IMG/VR virus record: IMGVR_UViG_3300043466_003828
Coordinates: 1,036 to 65,035 of that record
Strand: one strand, 5' to 3'
Length of the DNA stretch: 64,000 nucleotides
Source of the DNA: a virus
Lineage: Duplodnaviria; Caudoviricetes
Shown in pieces: positions 29,971-40,034 of this stretch. Both the position numbers and the translations under genes were made by a program. The stretch's first letter is position 1, and each line of letters begins with the position of its first letter. A model generated the notes under the pieces. That model saw only the letters and a list, made by a program, of their open reading frames with translations, had not been told where the DNA came from and did no database searches.

Positions 29971-31005
29971 ATGAATCAATCATTTGAACAAATTGAGAAA
30001 AAACTTGTACAGTATTTAAAATTGGGCAAAAATGTCTTATTAGAAGGAAAGCATGGAACTGGCAAGACGAGTCTTATTCAGAAAGTTTTTCAAGAAAACT
30101 GTAAAAATTGGTTGTATTTTTCTGGATCGACTTTAGATCCTTGGGTTGATTTTGTTGGCATACCAAAAGAAACAAAAAAGAACGGAGAGAGTGTACTTTC
30201 CTTTGTTTTGCCGGAAAAGATGACAGACGATTCTATCGAGGCTATATTTATAGATGAGTATAACCGTAGTCACAAAAAAATCCGTAATGCAACAATGGAG
30301 TTGATTCAATTTAAAAGCATTAATGGTAGAAAGTTTCCCAATTTAAAAGTAGTTTGGGGCGCCATCAATCCAAGTGACGATGAAGATGAGAGTTACGATG
30401 TAGAAACATTAGATCCAGCACAATCTGATCGTTTTCAAGTTCATATTAAAATACCATATATTCCAGACTTTCAATATTTTGAAAATAAATTTGGTAAAAA
30501 AATGGCAATTGCGGCAATAGAATGGTGGGACGGTCTACCAAAAGAAGCCAAGCAACTCGTGTCTCCTAGAAGGCTAGATTATGCCTTGGAGATTTACAAT
30601 GAAGGTGGCGATATCTTTGACGTTCTAAAAGAACAAACAAACCCAACAAAACTATTGGTTACATTACAGGTTGGAAGTTTAGAGGGAAAGATCAAGCAGC
30701 TTTTTGAAGAAAAAAATGGCAAGGAAACAAGAGAGTTTTTTACAAATGAAAACAACTTTCAAGGAGCATTGCCTATTATTAAAAGAAATAAAGATTACTT
30801 GAAGTTTTTCTTGCCACTAATTAATAACGAACGCTTGGCCGCAGTATTTTTTTCTGATGATAAGTCTCAAAAATATATACTAGAAAACTCGCAAATGTTT
30901 AAAGATGCCCTAGAAGAAATATCAAAACTAAAAGCGATAGACCCAGTAGTTTTATCCAAGATAAACCACTCGCTTAAAAAAATTGGCAACGTACAGTATT
31001 TTTAG
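29971..31005 (+). CDS. MoxR/AAA_5-like ATPase
   Basis: GKHGTGKT, IFIDEYNR, AINP, LDPAQSDRF, SPRR. Confidence 0.85.
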   Translation: MNQSFEQIEKKLVQYLKLGKNVLLEGKHGTGKTSLIQKVFQENCKNWLYFSGSTLDPWVDFVGIPKETKKNGESVLSFVLPEKMTDDSIEAIFIDEYNRSHKKIRNATMELIQFKSINGRKFPNLKVVWGAINPSDDEDESYDVETLDPAQSDRFQVHIKIPYIPDFQYFENKFGKKMAIAAIEWWDGLPKEAKQLVSPRRLDYALEIYNEGGDIFDVLKEQTNPTKLLVTLQVGSLEGKIKQLFEEKNGKETREFFTNENNFQGALPIIKRNKDYLKFFLPLINNERLAAVFFSDDKSQKYILENSQMFKDALEEISKLKAIDPVVLSKINHSLKKIGNVQYF

Positions 31006-31214
31006 AAATTTAAAATATTTCTAAAGAAAGACCAAACCGCCAAACCAGTGAGTCCATAAGAACCTATCATTGCCGCACCAACCGTAGCGCCAATGGCTAC
31101 ATATAATAAAGTGAATAAAAGAGCAATTATACTTAATATAAGTAATAAATCAAAAACTGTACAAATAGCCCTGATTTTTCTCCTTTTGCTAATTGCTGTA
31201 ATATTTTTTTGCAT
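31002..31214 (-). CDS. Small membrane protein with two hydrophobic segments
   Basis: Basic N-terminus followed by two hydrophobic stretches. Confidence 0.5.
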   Translation of the reverse strand: MQKNITAISKRRKIRAICTVFDLLLILSIIALLFTLLYVAIGATVGAAMIGSYGLTGLAVWSFFRNILNF

Positions 31215-31218
31215 TTTA

Positions 31219-31545
31219 TTAATTTTTTATTTGTTCAGCAAGACGCAATAAGACTGCGGCGGTTTTTTCTAAGTCTCTAATTCTGTTGTCAATAACCTGC
31301 AATTGGGCAGTTTGGGTGGCATCTATTTGGTTTTTAATCTCTAATTGCGCTAATACTAACTCAATTTTTTGAACCCTTGCATCCATGCGCTCAAATTGCG
31401 CTCTGCTGGTATAGTTCTGTTGCAAATACAAATTTGCCGCCATAAAGGCCAAAACAGAAATTTTCCATATATTATCTACTGAAAAGATACCATCTAACTT
31501 TGATTTTTTGACAAAATCATTAGCACTTGAGGGGTGGGTAGGCAT
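31219..31545 (-). CDS. Membrane-anchored coiled-coil protein (holin-like architecture)
   Basis: One hydrophobic helix (ISVLAFMAANLYL) then heptad repeats. Late-type motif upstream. Confidence 0.5.
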   Translation of the reverse strand: MPTHPSSANDFVKKSKLDGIFSVDNIWKISVLAFMAANLYLQQNYTSRAQFERMDARVQKIELVLAQLEIKNQIDATQTAQLQVIDNRIRDLEKTAAVLLRLAEQIKN

Positions 31546-31681
31546 ATATATATTTACATTTAAATAAAACCAATTAACAATTTAATTGTACTTTTTATTA
31601 AAAATTACTGAATAATCCACAACATATAGAAGAATAACTATATTATTGCTTTATCTTTAAATAAAGAGCATATATATAAAT

Positions 31682-32200
31682 ATGCACTATCAAAACAAAG
31701 TCAAGGAATTCATGAAGGTTTTTGGTCAAGATTGTCCTGATATCCCAACAATTCCAGATATAAATACTAGAATTTTAAGAGTAAAGCTTCTTTTGGAAGA
31801 GGTATTAGAACTTGCGGAGGCAAGCGGGGTAGAGATAATTGATACATTTAATGCGCCGCTAGACACAAGCTCTATCAAAACTAATAAAATTAAATTCAAA
31901 GAAATTGAAAATTCCGCCACATCCTTAGTTGGAGTGGCTGATGCGATTGCGGATATTTCCTACGTTAATTACGGCGCGGCAAATGCCTATGGAATAAACA
32001 TAGAGCCAATCGAAGAAGAGGTTCACAGATCAAATATGACCAAGTTATTCTCCTTAGATGAAATAAGCAAGCTGGATCAGAATAATTTTAAAATCACCAA
32101 GATTAGCGACAACCAGTTTTTAGTCAAGGCGCTTGACGGCAAAGTACAAAAAAGCCCAAGTTATTCCTCAGCTAACATAGATATTCTATTAAACAAGTAA
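31682..32200 (+). CDS. MazG-like NTP pyrophosphohydrolase
   Basis: VKEFMKVFGQ, LLLEEVLEL, ADAIADISYV, VHRSNMTK, DGKVQK. Confidence 0.85.
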   Translation: MHYQNKVKEFMKVFGQDCPDIPTIPDINTRILRVKLLLEEVLELAEASGVEIIDTFNAPLDTSSIKTNKIKFKEIENSATSLVGVADAIADISYVNYGAANAYGINIEPIEEEVHRSNMTKLFSLDEISKLDQNNFKITKISDNQFLVKALDGKVQKSPSYSSANIDILLNK

Positions 32201-32219
32201 CTAATATTATAAAAACTTA

Positions 32220-32864
32220 ATGAAAGTAGAACTTTTAAACCATTTTGGTGACGATTTAATGATAGCTAACATTGCTAGGGTGTCTTATGATAAAGAAAGT
32301 GCAGAACTATCGGAAAAAGATGAGAAATTAATTAAATTTTTAGCAGAGCACAAACATACTTCACCATTTAGACATGCACAGCTTCAATTTAGAATTCAAT
32401 GCCCTATATTCGTAGAGCGACAATTGTTTACGCATCAAATAGGCTGGGCTAGAAATAGTATTTCTGGTAGATATGTGGACTTTTCTGATTCATACGATGT
32501 ACCAACTAAGCTAAGATACCAATCTAAAAGCAGTAAGCAGGGTAGTGATGGAGAGTTATCCGATACAGATAATAAGTATTTTCAAGAAAAAATACAAAAT
32601 ATAATTAACATTTCCAAAGACCTGTACAAGGAAATGAGTGATTTTGGAATTGCCAAGGAACTTTGCAGAGTTCATTTACCATTAGCCCTAGAGACAAAAT
32701 TTATTTGGACTGGTAGTTTTCAAGCATTTATACATCTTTGCTCGTTGCGTTTAAAAAACGACACGCAAAAAGAAACCAGAGAAATAGTAACAGAAATGCT
32801 TATACTTACTAAGCTTATTAAAGGAAACCCATTTAAATACTCTATTCTAGCATTTAATTTATGA
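32220..32864 (+). CDS. thyX: Flavin-dependent thymidylate synthase
   Basis: ARVSY, HTSPFRH, RQLFTHQ, NSISGRY, AKELCR..LP, LRL...TQKETR. Confidence 0.9.
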   Translation: MKVELLNHFGDDLMIANIARVSYDKESAELSEKDEKLIKFLAEHKHTSPFRHAQLQFRIQCPIFVERQLFTHQIGWARNSISGRYVDFSDSYDVPTKLRYQSKSSKQGSDGELSDTDNKYFQEKIQNIINISKDLYKEMSDFGIAKELCRVHLPLALETKFIWTGSFQAFIHLCSLRLKNDTQKETREIVTEMLILTKLIKGNPFKYSILAFNL

Positions 32865-32876
32865 TTTATTTCACCA

Positions 32877-33422
32877 TTATTTACAGAACTGCAAGTTCCC
32901 AAGCGTAGACTTACCAAGGGTCTGTGGTCTTTTATTTAAATAGTCACTTGGGTTACTGCAAGCATTGTGTGCCACAGTACCTGTAATTCCTATACACATT
33001 TTAACTTCAACACATTTCTTACTAGACTCGAAGTCACTAGCCTCAAAAACTTGTCGATCATTAAGCAAATCTTGAAGGCTTTTATTGTTGTCTTTAAAAC
33101 CTTTTGCAAGATACCACCATTCTTCATTTAATAATTTGTATAACACGTTAGGATATTTACCTCCCGGTTGATTGCTTTCAAACAAAAGGCTGATAGCAGT
33201 TTTTTCTGTTTCAGAAAGTTGTCCTAAACGACCACTAAGCGATAGGTTTACAGGAGAATCGAGACTAAGAGTCTCTATAGCTGTTTCTATATCCTCTACC
33301 CAAGTTACTTCAACTTTTGGCACTTCACCTTCCACTCCCCTAAAGGGAATTGGGGTTGCTACCGATTTATAATGAAATTGAAACGAACCGCAAAGATTTA
33401 AACTGTATGTACATTGTGTCAT
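32877..33422 (-). CDS. Hypothetical protein
   Basis: 181-aa ORF at the end of the minus-strand structural operon. Confidence 0.55.
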   Translation of the reverse strand: MTQCTYSLNLCGSFQFHYKSVATPIPFRGVEGEVPKVEVTWVEDIETAIETLSLDSPVNLSLSGRLGQLSETEKTAISLLFESNQPGGKYPNVLYKLLNEEWWYLAKGFKDNNKSLQDLLNDRQVFEASDFESSKKCVEVKMCIGITGTVAHNACSNPSDYLNKRPQTLGKSTLGNLQFCK

Positions 33423-33439
33423 ATTTTTTATATATATTT

Positions 33440-35908
33440 TTAAGCAAAGCTCACAAATCCAGTTTCTATAGAAGTGGAAGTTAAATTTTTCAATAAGTAC
33501 TTTTGACTTTCAATATCTTTAGTGGCTTTTAAAAAGGCTAGACCCATTGAAGAATCCTCGGAAGCGGCCAGCCCATATGCATAACCACTATATTCTGTTA
33601 AAAATAGATTATCTATTATAAATGATAATTCTCCAGTAATTGATGATGGTATACCTCCAGACGCGAACCCACCAGAAGCAAAATTATTACTATATAAATA
33701 ACTTATGCCAGTGTTATATACAACAAGATCCGTGTGACTATTATAATATCCACCAGTGCTTAAAATTGAAATAGAATATGGGGTTCCACTTGGAATTAAA
33801 CCATTCCATACGTTACCAGAATTTACATTGCCATACTTATTTCCATATAATCTGTAAAAACTAGTACCAGTTAAATTTATAGATTGTTTTAAATAATCAT
33901 TAAATCCAGTTATTGCCAAGCCAGAACCAAAAGATATCCTCATGCCACTTGGAATGGCATTTTGCCTATTGTAACTCGTAACACCAGAATACGTGCCCTC
34001 ACCATAACTTGCGCTATAAGTTTTGCCGCTAACTACGTCATGATCAGATATAAATACTATTCTTTCGCCGCTACCAATACCAGTTTTTACGCATAGTACG
34101 CCATCTACTGCTCCAGAACAAAACCCATAATAATTATTTGGATATATATAAGCGCCAAAATCTAGTGCTCCATAGTTTTGAGAATTAATGTTATTAAATT
34201 GAGTAAGTAAATTAGAACTAAATAAGTTAAATACTTTTACCTTTCTTCGATTGTCAATATTATCAAATATATTATTACTATATATTTGCTCTACAACGCA
34301 GGCACGATTTCCAGAAGCACTAAGTATTGCCTTAAATGATAAATTATTATCACCAGTCACCGAACCTGAAATATCATAACCTAATTGCTGCCAATCTGGA
34401 TCTTGATATTTAAAAACTATAAATGGGTTTTGATTGGTGTTTATATCTGCAGCAACAATTGACAATTCTGCGCCACCAATTGACAATAAATCTCCATTTC
34501 TATTAAGCGAGATTCCACCAAAACCGAAAGTGCCACTAACTTTTTGTCCATAAATTGTTTTTCCTAACTGTTCCCAGTCAGATTGCAATTCATTATATTT
34601 AAATATTTTTAAAGCACCTGCAGCTGCTTTTCCAGTTTGTATTGTTATATCTGCCCCCGGATAGCTTATAGCTATTATATCACCAGAACCATTCATAGAT
34701 ATCGAAGTGCCACAGTACTCATTCTTTTTACCATAGAAAGTTTCACCCAAGTCTACCCATCTAGACCCCTTGTATTCATACGCTTTAGCATAGCCATCTT
34801 GCGGCAAAGAGTCTTGCAAAGAATACATTGACGAAAGTGGAGATGACACTATGATTCTGTCACCAATTGAATTAATAGCAGTTAAAAAAGTAGATTGAGC
34901 GTTTACTGCCCCTGTTATCACTTGACCTAATCTAACCCATTGATTGTTACCACTAAATTCATAAACACTGGCCTCTTGAGCAATACCACTCAAAAGATTA
35001 CTTGGGAAACCAGCTACAAAGCGATTACCAGACTCATTTAATGACACCGAAACTCCGCGATACTCGCTAGGAATTTGTCCAGAAATTGTTTGACCTATTT
35101 GATTCCAAGTATTTCCACTATAATTATACACTCTTACTGCACTAAAATTATTAATTCCACTTAAATTATTATAATTAGTACCTATCACTACTCTATCACC
35201 AGCACCATTCAGTGAAACAGTATTATTAGCAATAGATATCTCAAAAGGATTTCTTCCAGTAAAGAATTGCTGCCCAATAACTACCCCATCTATCTGCATA
35301 ATATCCATCGAATATACGAAACTCCTACCTCCAACTTTATTATCAATTGCATTACCCAAACGAGACCACTGCGCTCCACTATACTGGAAAATTTCTACTC
35401 TTTGGGTAGAATTAGGAGAATCACCACTGATGTTGCACACTGCAGCCACTCTGGATCCATCAGCATTGATTGATACACATTCAAATTCCACATCACGTAT
35501 ACCACTATTCAAAAAAATATCTTGATTTATTTTTTCTATAGCCTGTCTTTTTGTTACGTCCCAAGAACCATTATCATCATCCGTTGTTTTTAAGGAATTT
35601 GGTATCACAAATTTCTGATACTCACCATATTGCACTTCTGGCCCATACACGTATTCAGAAGAGTATAGAATATTAGAGCTATCTTGATTTAAAACAGAAA
35701 AAGCATAACCAGAGCTTGTTTCTACTAGAGAAATACTGGGAGTTGCCACGCCTTCATTGTCTATTAACTTGATTGAGTTTTTATTGCTAGCAAAATTTAA
35801 ATTATTATCGAAATAATTAGAATCAGAAAATAATTTAAGACCCTTTAATGCCGAAAGATATAAAGAATCTCCTAATTTTTTGTAAATTGTTTCTGTATTT
35901 AATGACAT
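33440..35908 (-). CDS. Putative virion surface protein with beta-propeller (FG-GAP-like) repeats
   Basis: Repeats of W.(Q/R)LG..I.G and S(L/I)N..G..(V/I), plus many SG/TG dipeptides. Confidence 0.7.
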   Translation of the reverse strand: MSLNTETIYKKLGDSLYLSALKGLKLFSDSNYFDNNLNFASNKNSIKLIDNEGVATPSISLVETSSGYAFSVLNQDSSNILYSSEYVYGPEVQYGEYQKFVIPNSLKTTDDDNGSWDVTKRQAIEKINQDIFLNSGIRDVEFECVSINADGSRVAAVCNISGDSPNSTQRVEIFQYSGAQWSRLGNAIDNKVGGRSFVYSMDIMQIDGVVIGQQFFTGRNPFEISIANNTVSLNGAGDRVVIGTNYNNLSGINNFSAVRVYNYSGNTWNQIGQTISGQIPSEYRGVSVSLNESGNRFVAGFPSNLLSGIAQEASVYEFSGNNQWVRLGQVITGAVNAQSTFLTAINSIGDRIIVSSPLSSMYSLQDSLPQDGYAKAYEYKGSRWVDLGETFYGKKNEYCGTSISMNGSGDIIAISYPGADITIQTGKAAAGALKIFKYNELQSDWEQLGKTIYGQKVSGTFGFGGISLNRNGDLLSIGGAELSIVAADINTNQNPFIVFKYQDPDWQQLGYDISGSVTGDNNLSFKAILSASGNRACVVEQIYSNNIFDNIDNRRKVKVFNLFSSNLLTQFNNINSQNYGALDFGAYIYPNNYYGFCSGAVDGVLCVKTGIGSGERIVFISDHDVVSGKTYSASYGEGTYSGVTSYNRQNAIPSGMRISFGSGLAITGFNDYLKQSINLTGTSFYRLYGNKYGNVNSGNVWNGLIPSGTPYSISILSTGGYYNSHTDLVVYNTGISYLYSNNFASGGFASGGIPSSITGELSFIIDNLFLTEYSGYAYGLAASEDSSMGLAFLKATKDIESQKYLLKNLTSTSIETGFVSFA

Positions 35909-35927
35909 ATTATTAAAATGTTAATTA

Positions 35928-36890
35928 TTACCAAGTGATAATACCAATCCCTCCAGCTTCCGATTCGTTGATGCCAGTAATTGGTTGACTAGTTTTTGGA
36001 GTGGATAACACGGAATAGAACATCTCGGCGTTGGAGTTGGCCCTGTTAACTACTATTTCCCAAAGATTTGGATCTGGGAAGTCTTTATAAACAGAACCCT
36101 CAAAATCTGGATTTAAACTCGTGGCCCATTCTGGTGCTGTTCCAGAGAATTGAACTGTTCCAGTAAGTGCAGGTAATCCAAGATGAGGGTACAGGTCTTC
36201 AACCCCACTAAAGAATACACTCACCACGTTTGGATAGACTACAGGCGTTGGCGTAGGTGGTGGCACTGCTATTGAAACTACTCCACTATTTAAAGGATTT
36301 AGCTCAAACTGTTCACCATATAAAGAAAATTTATGTCTTGCATCTATTTCAATTTTATTGTTTACATCCCTAACTCGTGATGAGTAAGTGTATAAATTAA
36401 AATTTCTTCCAGATCCTTTTGCCACGCCTAATAAAGCATTTACCCCAGCGCCAGTTAAAACTACCATTTCCGAGAAATAACCAGATGGCAGATCGGCATT
36501 TTGCCCAGTAGAATATTCATACCCATTATATTGAACTGACTGCCACAAGTCATTATATCCTAACTTTTTTAATTCATTTTTATCGTAAATAAAATTACCT
36601 GTTTCATTTGTAGCAACCAATTGGTTTTCAGTAGAAAGAATACCACTAAACGCTTGCTCACTATCAAAAAATGCTTGCTTGGATGTATATCTGCTAAAAC
36701 TAGGATATTTTACTATTATCGTTGGCGGTGCTTCTAATTGATTTGGGTCGTTATAAATTGATAACGATGGAACATTTTCAGCAGATGCGGAAAATACGTT
36801 ACTAAAGGAAGCTGCCTCAATTTTAGAAAACCTATTTAATAAATAGGATATTTTTGACTTTCCTGCTTGCTTGTTATTGTTGATATTCAT
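35928..36890 (-). CDS. Putative structural protein with Pro/Thr linker
   Basis: PPPTPTP linker, SG/TG-rich, in the structural operon. Confidence 0.55.
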   Translation of the reverse strand: MNINNNKQAGKSKISYLLNRFSKIEAASFSNVFSASAENVPSLSIYNDPNQLEAPPTIIVKYPSFSRYTSKQAFFDSEQAFSGILSTENQLVATNETGNFIYDKNELKKLGYNDLWQSVQYNGYEYSTGQNADLPSGYFSEMVVLTGAGVNALLGVAKGSGRNFNLYTYSSRVRDVNNKIEIDARHKFSLYGEQFELNPLNSGVVSIAVPPPTPTPVVYPNVVSVFFSGVEDLYPHLGLPALTGTVQFSGTAPEWATSLNPDFEGSVYKDFPDPNLWEIVVNRANSNAEMFYSVLSTPKTSQPITGINESEAGGIGIITW

Positions 36891-37447
36891 TATAGGTCAA
36901 TTTTTACAAGCGCATAACCATCTGTACCGACGGTGCTTAAAAATTTTCCAATTACAATAATACCATCCGTAGCAATTTTTCCATCGTTACCAGCGTATGC
37001 TGCGTCACCAACGTCTGGAAGGCCACCACCAGCACCACGGTCAGTAGTGTCAATATCATTTATTAAAACTAGTCCCTTTGTTAAAATTGGAACTGCCTGA
37101 TGTGGTAGCACGGCATCCATCTCGGCTAACTTTCTTTGATTAAAAATAAGCGGCTCGCCATTTTCATCCAACTCTCTTACGTCTTTTAATAAGATTCCCA
37201 TTGGTGCCGGAACTGTATTGTAAAGAGCGGTTGTCGTAACGTCTGCTACCACATCAAACCTAGCTGACAAGGAATTAGCAACTGGAGAAATATTTGTTGC
37301 ACTTTGAGAAACACCGCCATCCGTATTTTTCCAAGTGAATACAGGCGTTACCAATGTTCCCTTATTTACCGGAGACTGTCCAGAATACGAATATAGATTT
37401 ATAACATCATGTTCACTGTAGTCACGAAATGGTTTTAAATTTGGCAT
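36890..37447 (-). CDS. Putative capsid decoration/cement-like protein
   Basis: GILL.DV, AVPILTKG, GDAAY..DGKI, IGKFLS..DGYALVKIDL resemble head decoration proteins. Confidence 0.55.
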   Translation of the reverse strand: MPNLKPFRDYSEHDVINLYSYSGQSPVNKGTLVTPVFTWKNTDGGVSQSATNISPVANSLSARFDVVADVTTTALYNTVPAPMGILLKDVRELDENGEPLIFNQRKLAEMDAVLPHQAVPILTKGLVLINDIDTTDRGAGGGLPDVGDAAYAGNDGKIATDGIIVIGKFLSTVGTDGYALVKIDL

Positions 37448-37525
37448 AAAATCGAATAGTTATAAAGTATTTTACACTTTTTTATGGATTATTATCTAAT
37501 AATGGTTAAAATATTTTAACAACAC

Positions 37526-37963
37526 ATGACAATGGAAGACGAGCAGTTGGAGTTAGTTAACAATTTAATTGTAAATATTTTATTTTGTGCTACCCCAAAA
37601 TCTCCTGTTACTATTAGTAGAAATAAGAAAATTATAAAAAACGCATTTTATAATATATTTGGCTTATACATAAAAAATACTAGCCAATACGTAGTTTTTG
37701 TTAAGATATTCACTATTTCTAGCAGAAAATATAGCAATAATTCACATGTTAATATGAAACATAATGATACACTTGTTTTCGATACAAAAGAACAAGTTTT
37801 CTCCTATCTTTCCAGTTTTATAGCTGATATCGAAGAACACGAACGTTTTTTAAACGAAGATATCGTAAATAATGACAATATTACTGGCGCAAAGGCGGTC
37901 TTTTTAATGACCGAATGGCAAAAAATTATAACAGATTACTTTAATAAAAAAAGCAATTGGTGA
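37526..37963 (+). CDS. Hypothetical protein
   Basis: 145-aa ORF. Confidence 0.5.
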   Translation: MTMEDEQLELVNNLIVNILFCATPKSPVTISRNKKIIKNAFYNIFGLYIKNTSQYVVFVKIFTISSRKYSNNSHVNMKHNDTLVFDTKEQVFSYLSSFIADIEEHERFLNEDIVNNDNITGAKAVFLMTEWQKIITDYFNKKSNW

Positions 37964-37966
37964 AAA

Positions 37967-38311
37967 CTAGTTCTGCAAGCTAGCGTAACCCCAAATATTA
38001 TTACCACTTACGTTACTGTAAAGTCTAATGTGGCTTACTGGAGAATCCATAAACGCGGCTGGTGCATAACCAGAACTAACACTAGTAAACTCATATAAAT
38101 CAACACCTTCTGCAACGCCACCAATATCAAAAACTGGCGACCCACTTAAGGCTGTTCTTGTTTGAAGGTCAACAGGAACGATTCCGGTTCTGTTACCATA
38201 CACAACAAGCATAATATTTCTAGCAGCTGCAACGTTAACCCACTCACCAGTAAAAGGAGTGGCCTGTCCTGTTGCTAAACTTACTGTTCCGATAAATGAA
38301 GAAGCTGGCAT
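37967..38311 (-). CDS. Small putative virion protein
   Basis: Beta-rich. 6 of its 12 Gly lie in [ST]G. GTGTAATA motif just upstream. Confidence 0.55.
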   Translation of the reverse strand: MPASSFIGTVSLATGQATPFTGEWVNVAAARNIMLVVYGNRTGIVPVDLQTRTALSGSPVFDIGGVAEGVDLYEFTSVSSGYAPAAFMDSPVSHIRLYSNVSGNNIWGYASLQN

Positions 38312-38364
38312 ATATAAATATTACACACGATTTTGAAATTTACCTATAAATTCATATAATTTAT

Positions 38365-39576
38365 ATGAAAAAAGAAAATAATACTATTTTCATACAGATA
38401 GCCTCATATAGAGATCCAGAACTGCTTCCTACAATAAGAGATTGTATTAATAAGGCAAAATATCCAAATAATTTAACATTTGGAATTTGCTGGCAGAGAG
38501 ATGAGAGCGAATCATTAGAAGAATTTCAACAAGATAGCAGATTTAAAATCATAGATGTTCCTTGGAATGAAAGCAGGGGAGCGTGTTGGGCTAGAAGTTT
38601 AGTACAAAAACTTTGGAATGGCGAAAAATACACAATGCAGTTAGATTCTCATCACAGGTTTTTACAAGATTGGGATGTGGAACTTATTGAAATGATGAAA
38701 ATGACAGGATCAAAAAAACCAATTATTACATCATACGTTGGTATGTATAAACCAAGCACAAACGAACTTGTCAATATAGAACCATATAAAATGGTTGCGC
38801 AGCGATTTAATAGGGATGGACTAGTTTTATTTCTTCCGAATGTAATACCAAAATGGCAAAACTTATCTTCTCCAATTCCGGCTCGTTTTATAAGTGGACA
38901 TTTTTATTTTACCCTAGGCGAACATTGTATAGAGTGCAAATATGATCCCAACTTATATTTTCATGGAGAAGAAATCTCTTTAAGCGTACGATCCTATACA
39001 TCAGGATATGACTTATTTCATCCACATAAGACAATAATTTGGCACGAATACACTAGAGAGGGAAGAACAAAACATTGGGACGATTTTAACAATGAAAATC
39101 AAAAAATAGGAAAAATAAAAAATCAATGGTGGGAGACGGACGTTTTAAGTAAAAAAAGAGTTAGAAATTTATTTGGCCAAGAAGACAATCAAATAGACTC
39201 AGCAGAGTATGGATTTGGCGACACAAGAACTTTTAGCGATTATGAATTTTATGCTGGAATTCATTTTAAAAATCAAAAAGTTCATCCAGAGACCTTAGCT
39301 GGAAAAGATCCACCAATTAACGACGCTTCCGACTGGTTTAATATCGAAGAAAAATCTTATAACTTTAGTTTAGATATACCAAAAACAGATAATTTTAAAT
39401 TTATTTATATAGGAATTGAAGATATTAATGGAAAGCAAATATACAGAACAGATTTGAAAGAATATAAACCAAAAATAACATTAGAGTTTAAATCTTTCTC
39501 TGAGCCATACAAATGGATATATTGGCCAGTTGACAATAATGACAATTGGCATAACAGAAAAGATACTATCTTATGA
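38365..39576 (+). CDS. GT60-like (Skp1-type) polypeptide N-acetylglucosaminyltransferase
   Basis: TIFIQIASYRDPEL..TI, GACWARS, QLDSHHRF..WD, YDPNLYFHGEE, WHEY. Confidence 0.85.
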   Translation: MKKENNTIFIQIASYRDPELLPTIRDCINKAKYPNNLTFGICWQRDESESLEEFQQDSRFKIIDVPWNESRGACWARSLVQKLWNGEKYTMQLDSHHRFLQDWDVELIEMMKMTGSKKPIITSYVGMYKPSTNELVNIEPYKMVAQRFNRDGLVLFLPNVIPKWQNLSSPIPARFISGHFYFTLGEHCIECKYDPNLYFHGEEISLSVRSYTSGYDLFHPHKTIIWHEYTREGRTKHWDDFNNENQKIGKIKNQWWETDVLSKKRVRNLFGQEDNQIDSAEYGFGDTRTFSDYEFYAGIHFKNQKVHPETLAGKDPPINDASDWFNIEEKSYNFSLDIPKTDNFKFIYIGIEDINGKQIYRTDLKEYKPKITLEFKSFSEPYKWIYWPVDNNDNWHNRKDTIL

Positions 39577-39992
39577 AAAAAATTACCGCACAAAAAATAT
39601 TGAGAAATATATGTGTGGATTATTCTATAAAAATACGTTTTCAAAAAAAATTAAAAAACGATACGGGGGCAGTAGTCGATGGATTGTGTTCAATTTCTCC
39701 AGAAAAACGGGTTATTTATATTAATAAAAGCTTTTGTAATAATAGAATGGCCTCTGCCGTATTTCACGAGCTTGGACACATGTATTGCATGGATCATGGT
39801 ATATGGAAAAAATTTCACGAAGAAACCGTTTCACCAGAAATTGCTTTTAAAGTGGAAAATTGGATAGAATGGTGGGCAAAAAAAGAATGGGACTCAAGAA
39901 AGATGAGAAAATTATTCGGCCATTACAGTTTCTCCTATTCCAAATCAAGAGAAAAAGAAATATTGCGGTGGTTGAAAAAGCATTACAATTAA
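39573..39992 (+). CDS. HExxH zinc metallopeptidase-like protein (ImmA/IrrE-like)
   Basis: VIYIN followed by VFHELGH and a downstream E. Confidence 0.6.
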   Translation: MKKITAQKILRNICVDYSIKIRFQKKLKNDTGAVVDGLCSISPEKRVIYINKSFCNNRMASAVFHELGHMYCMDHGIWKKFHEETVSPEIAFKVENWIEWWAKKEWDSRKMRKLFGHYSFSYSKSREKEILRWLKKHYN

Positions 39993-40034
39993 AATTGTGT
40001 TGACTTTTTATAAAATTTTAATGATCATCAATAA

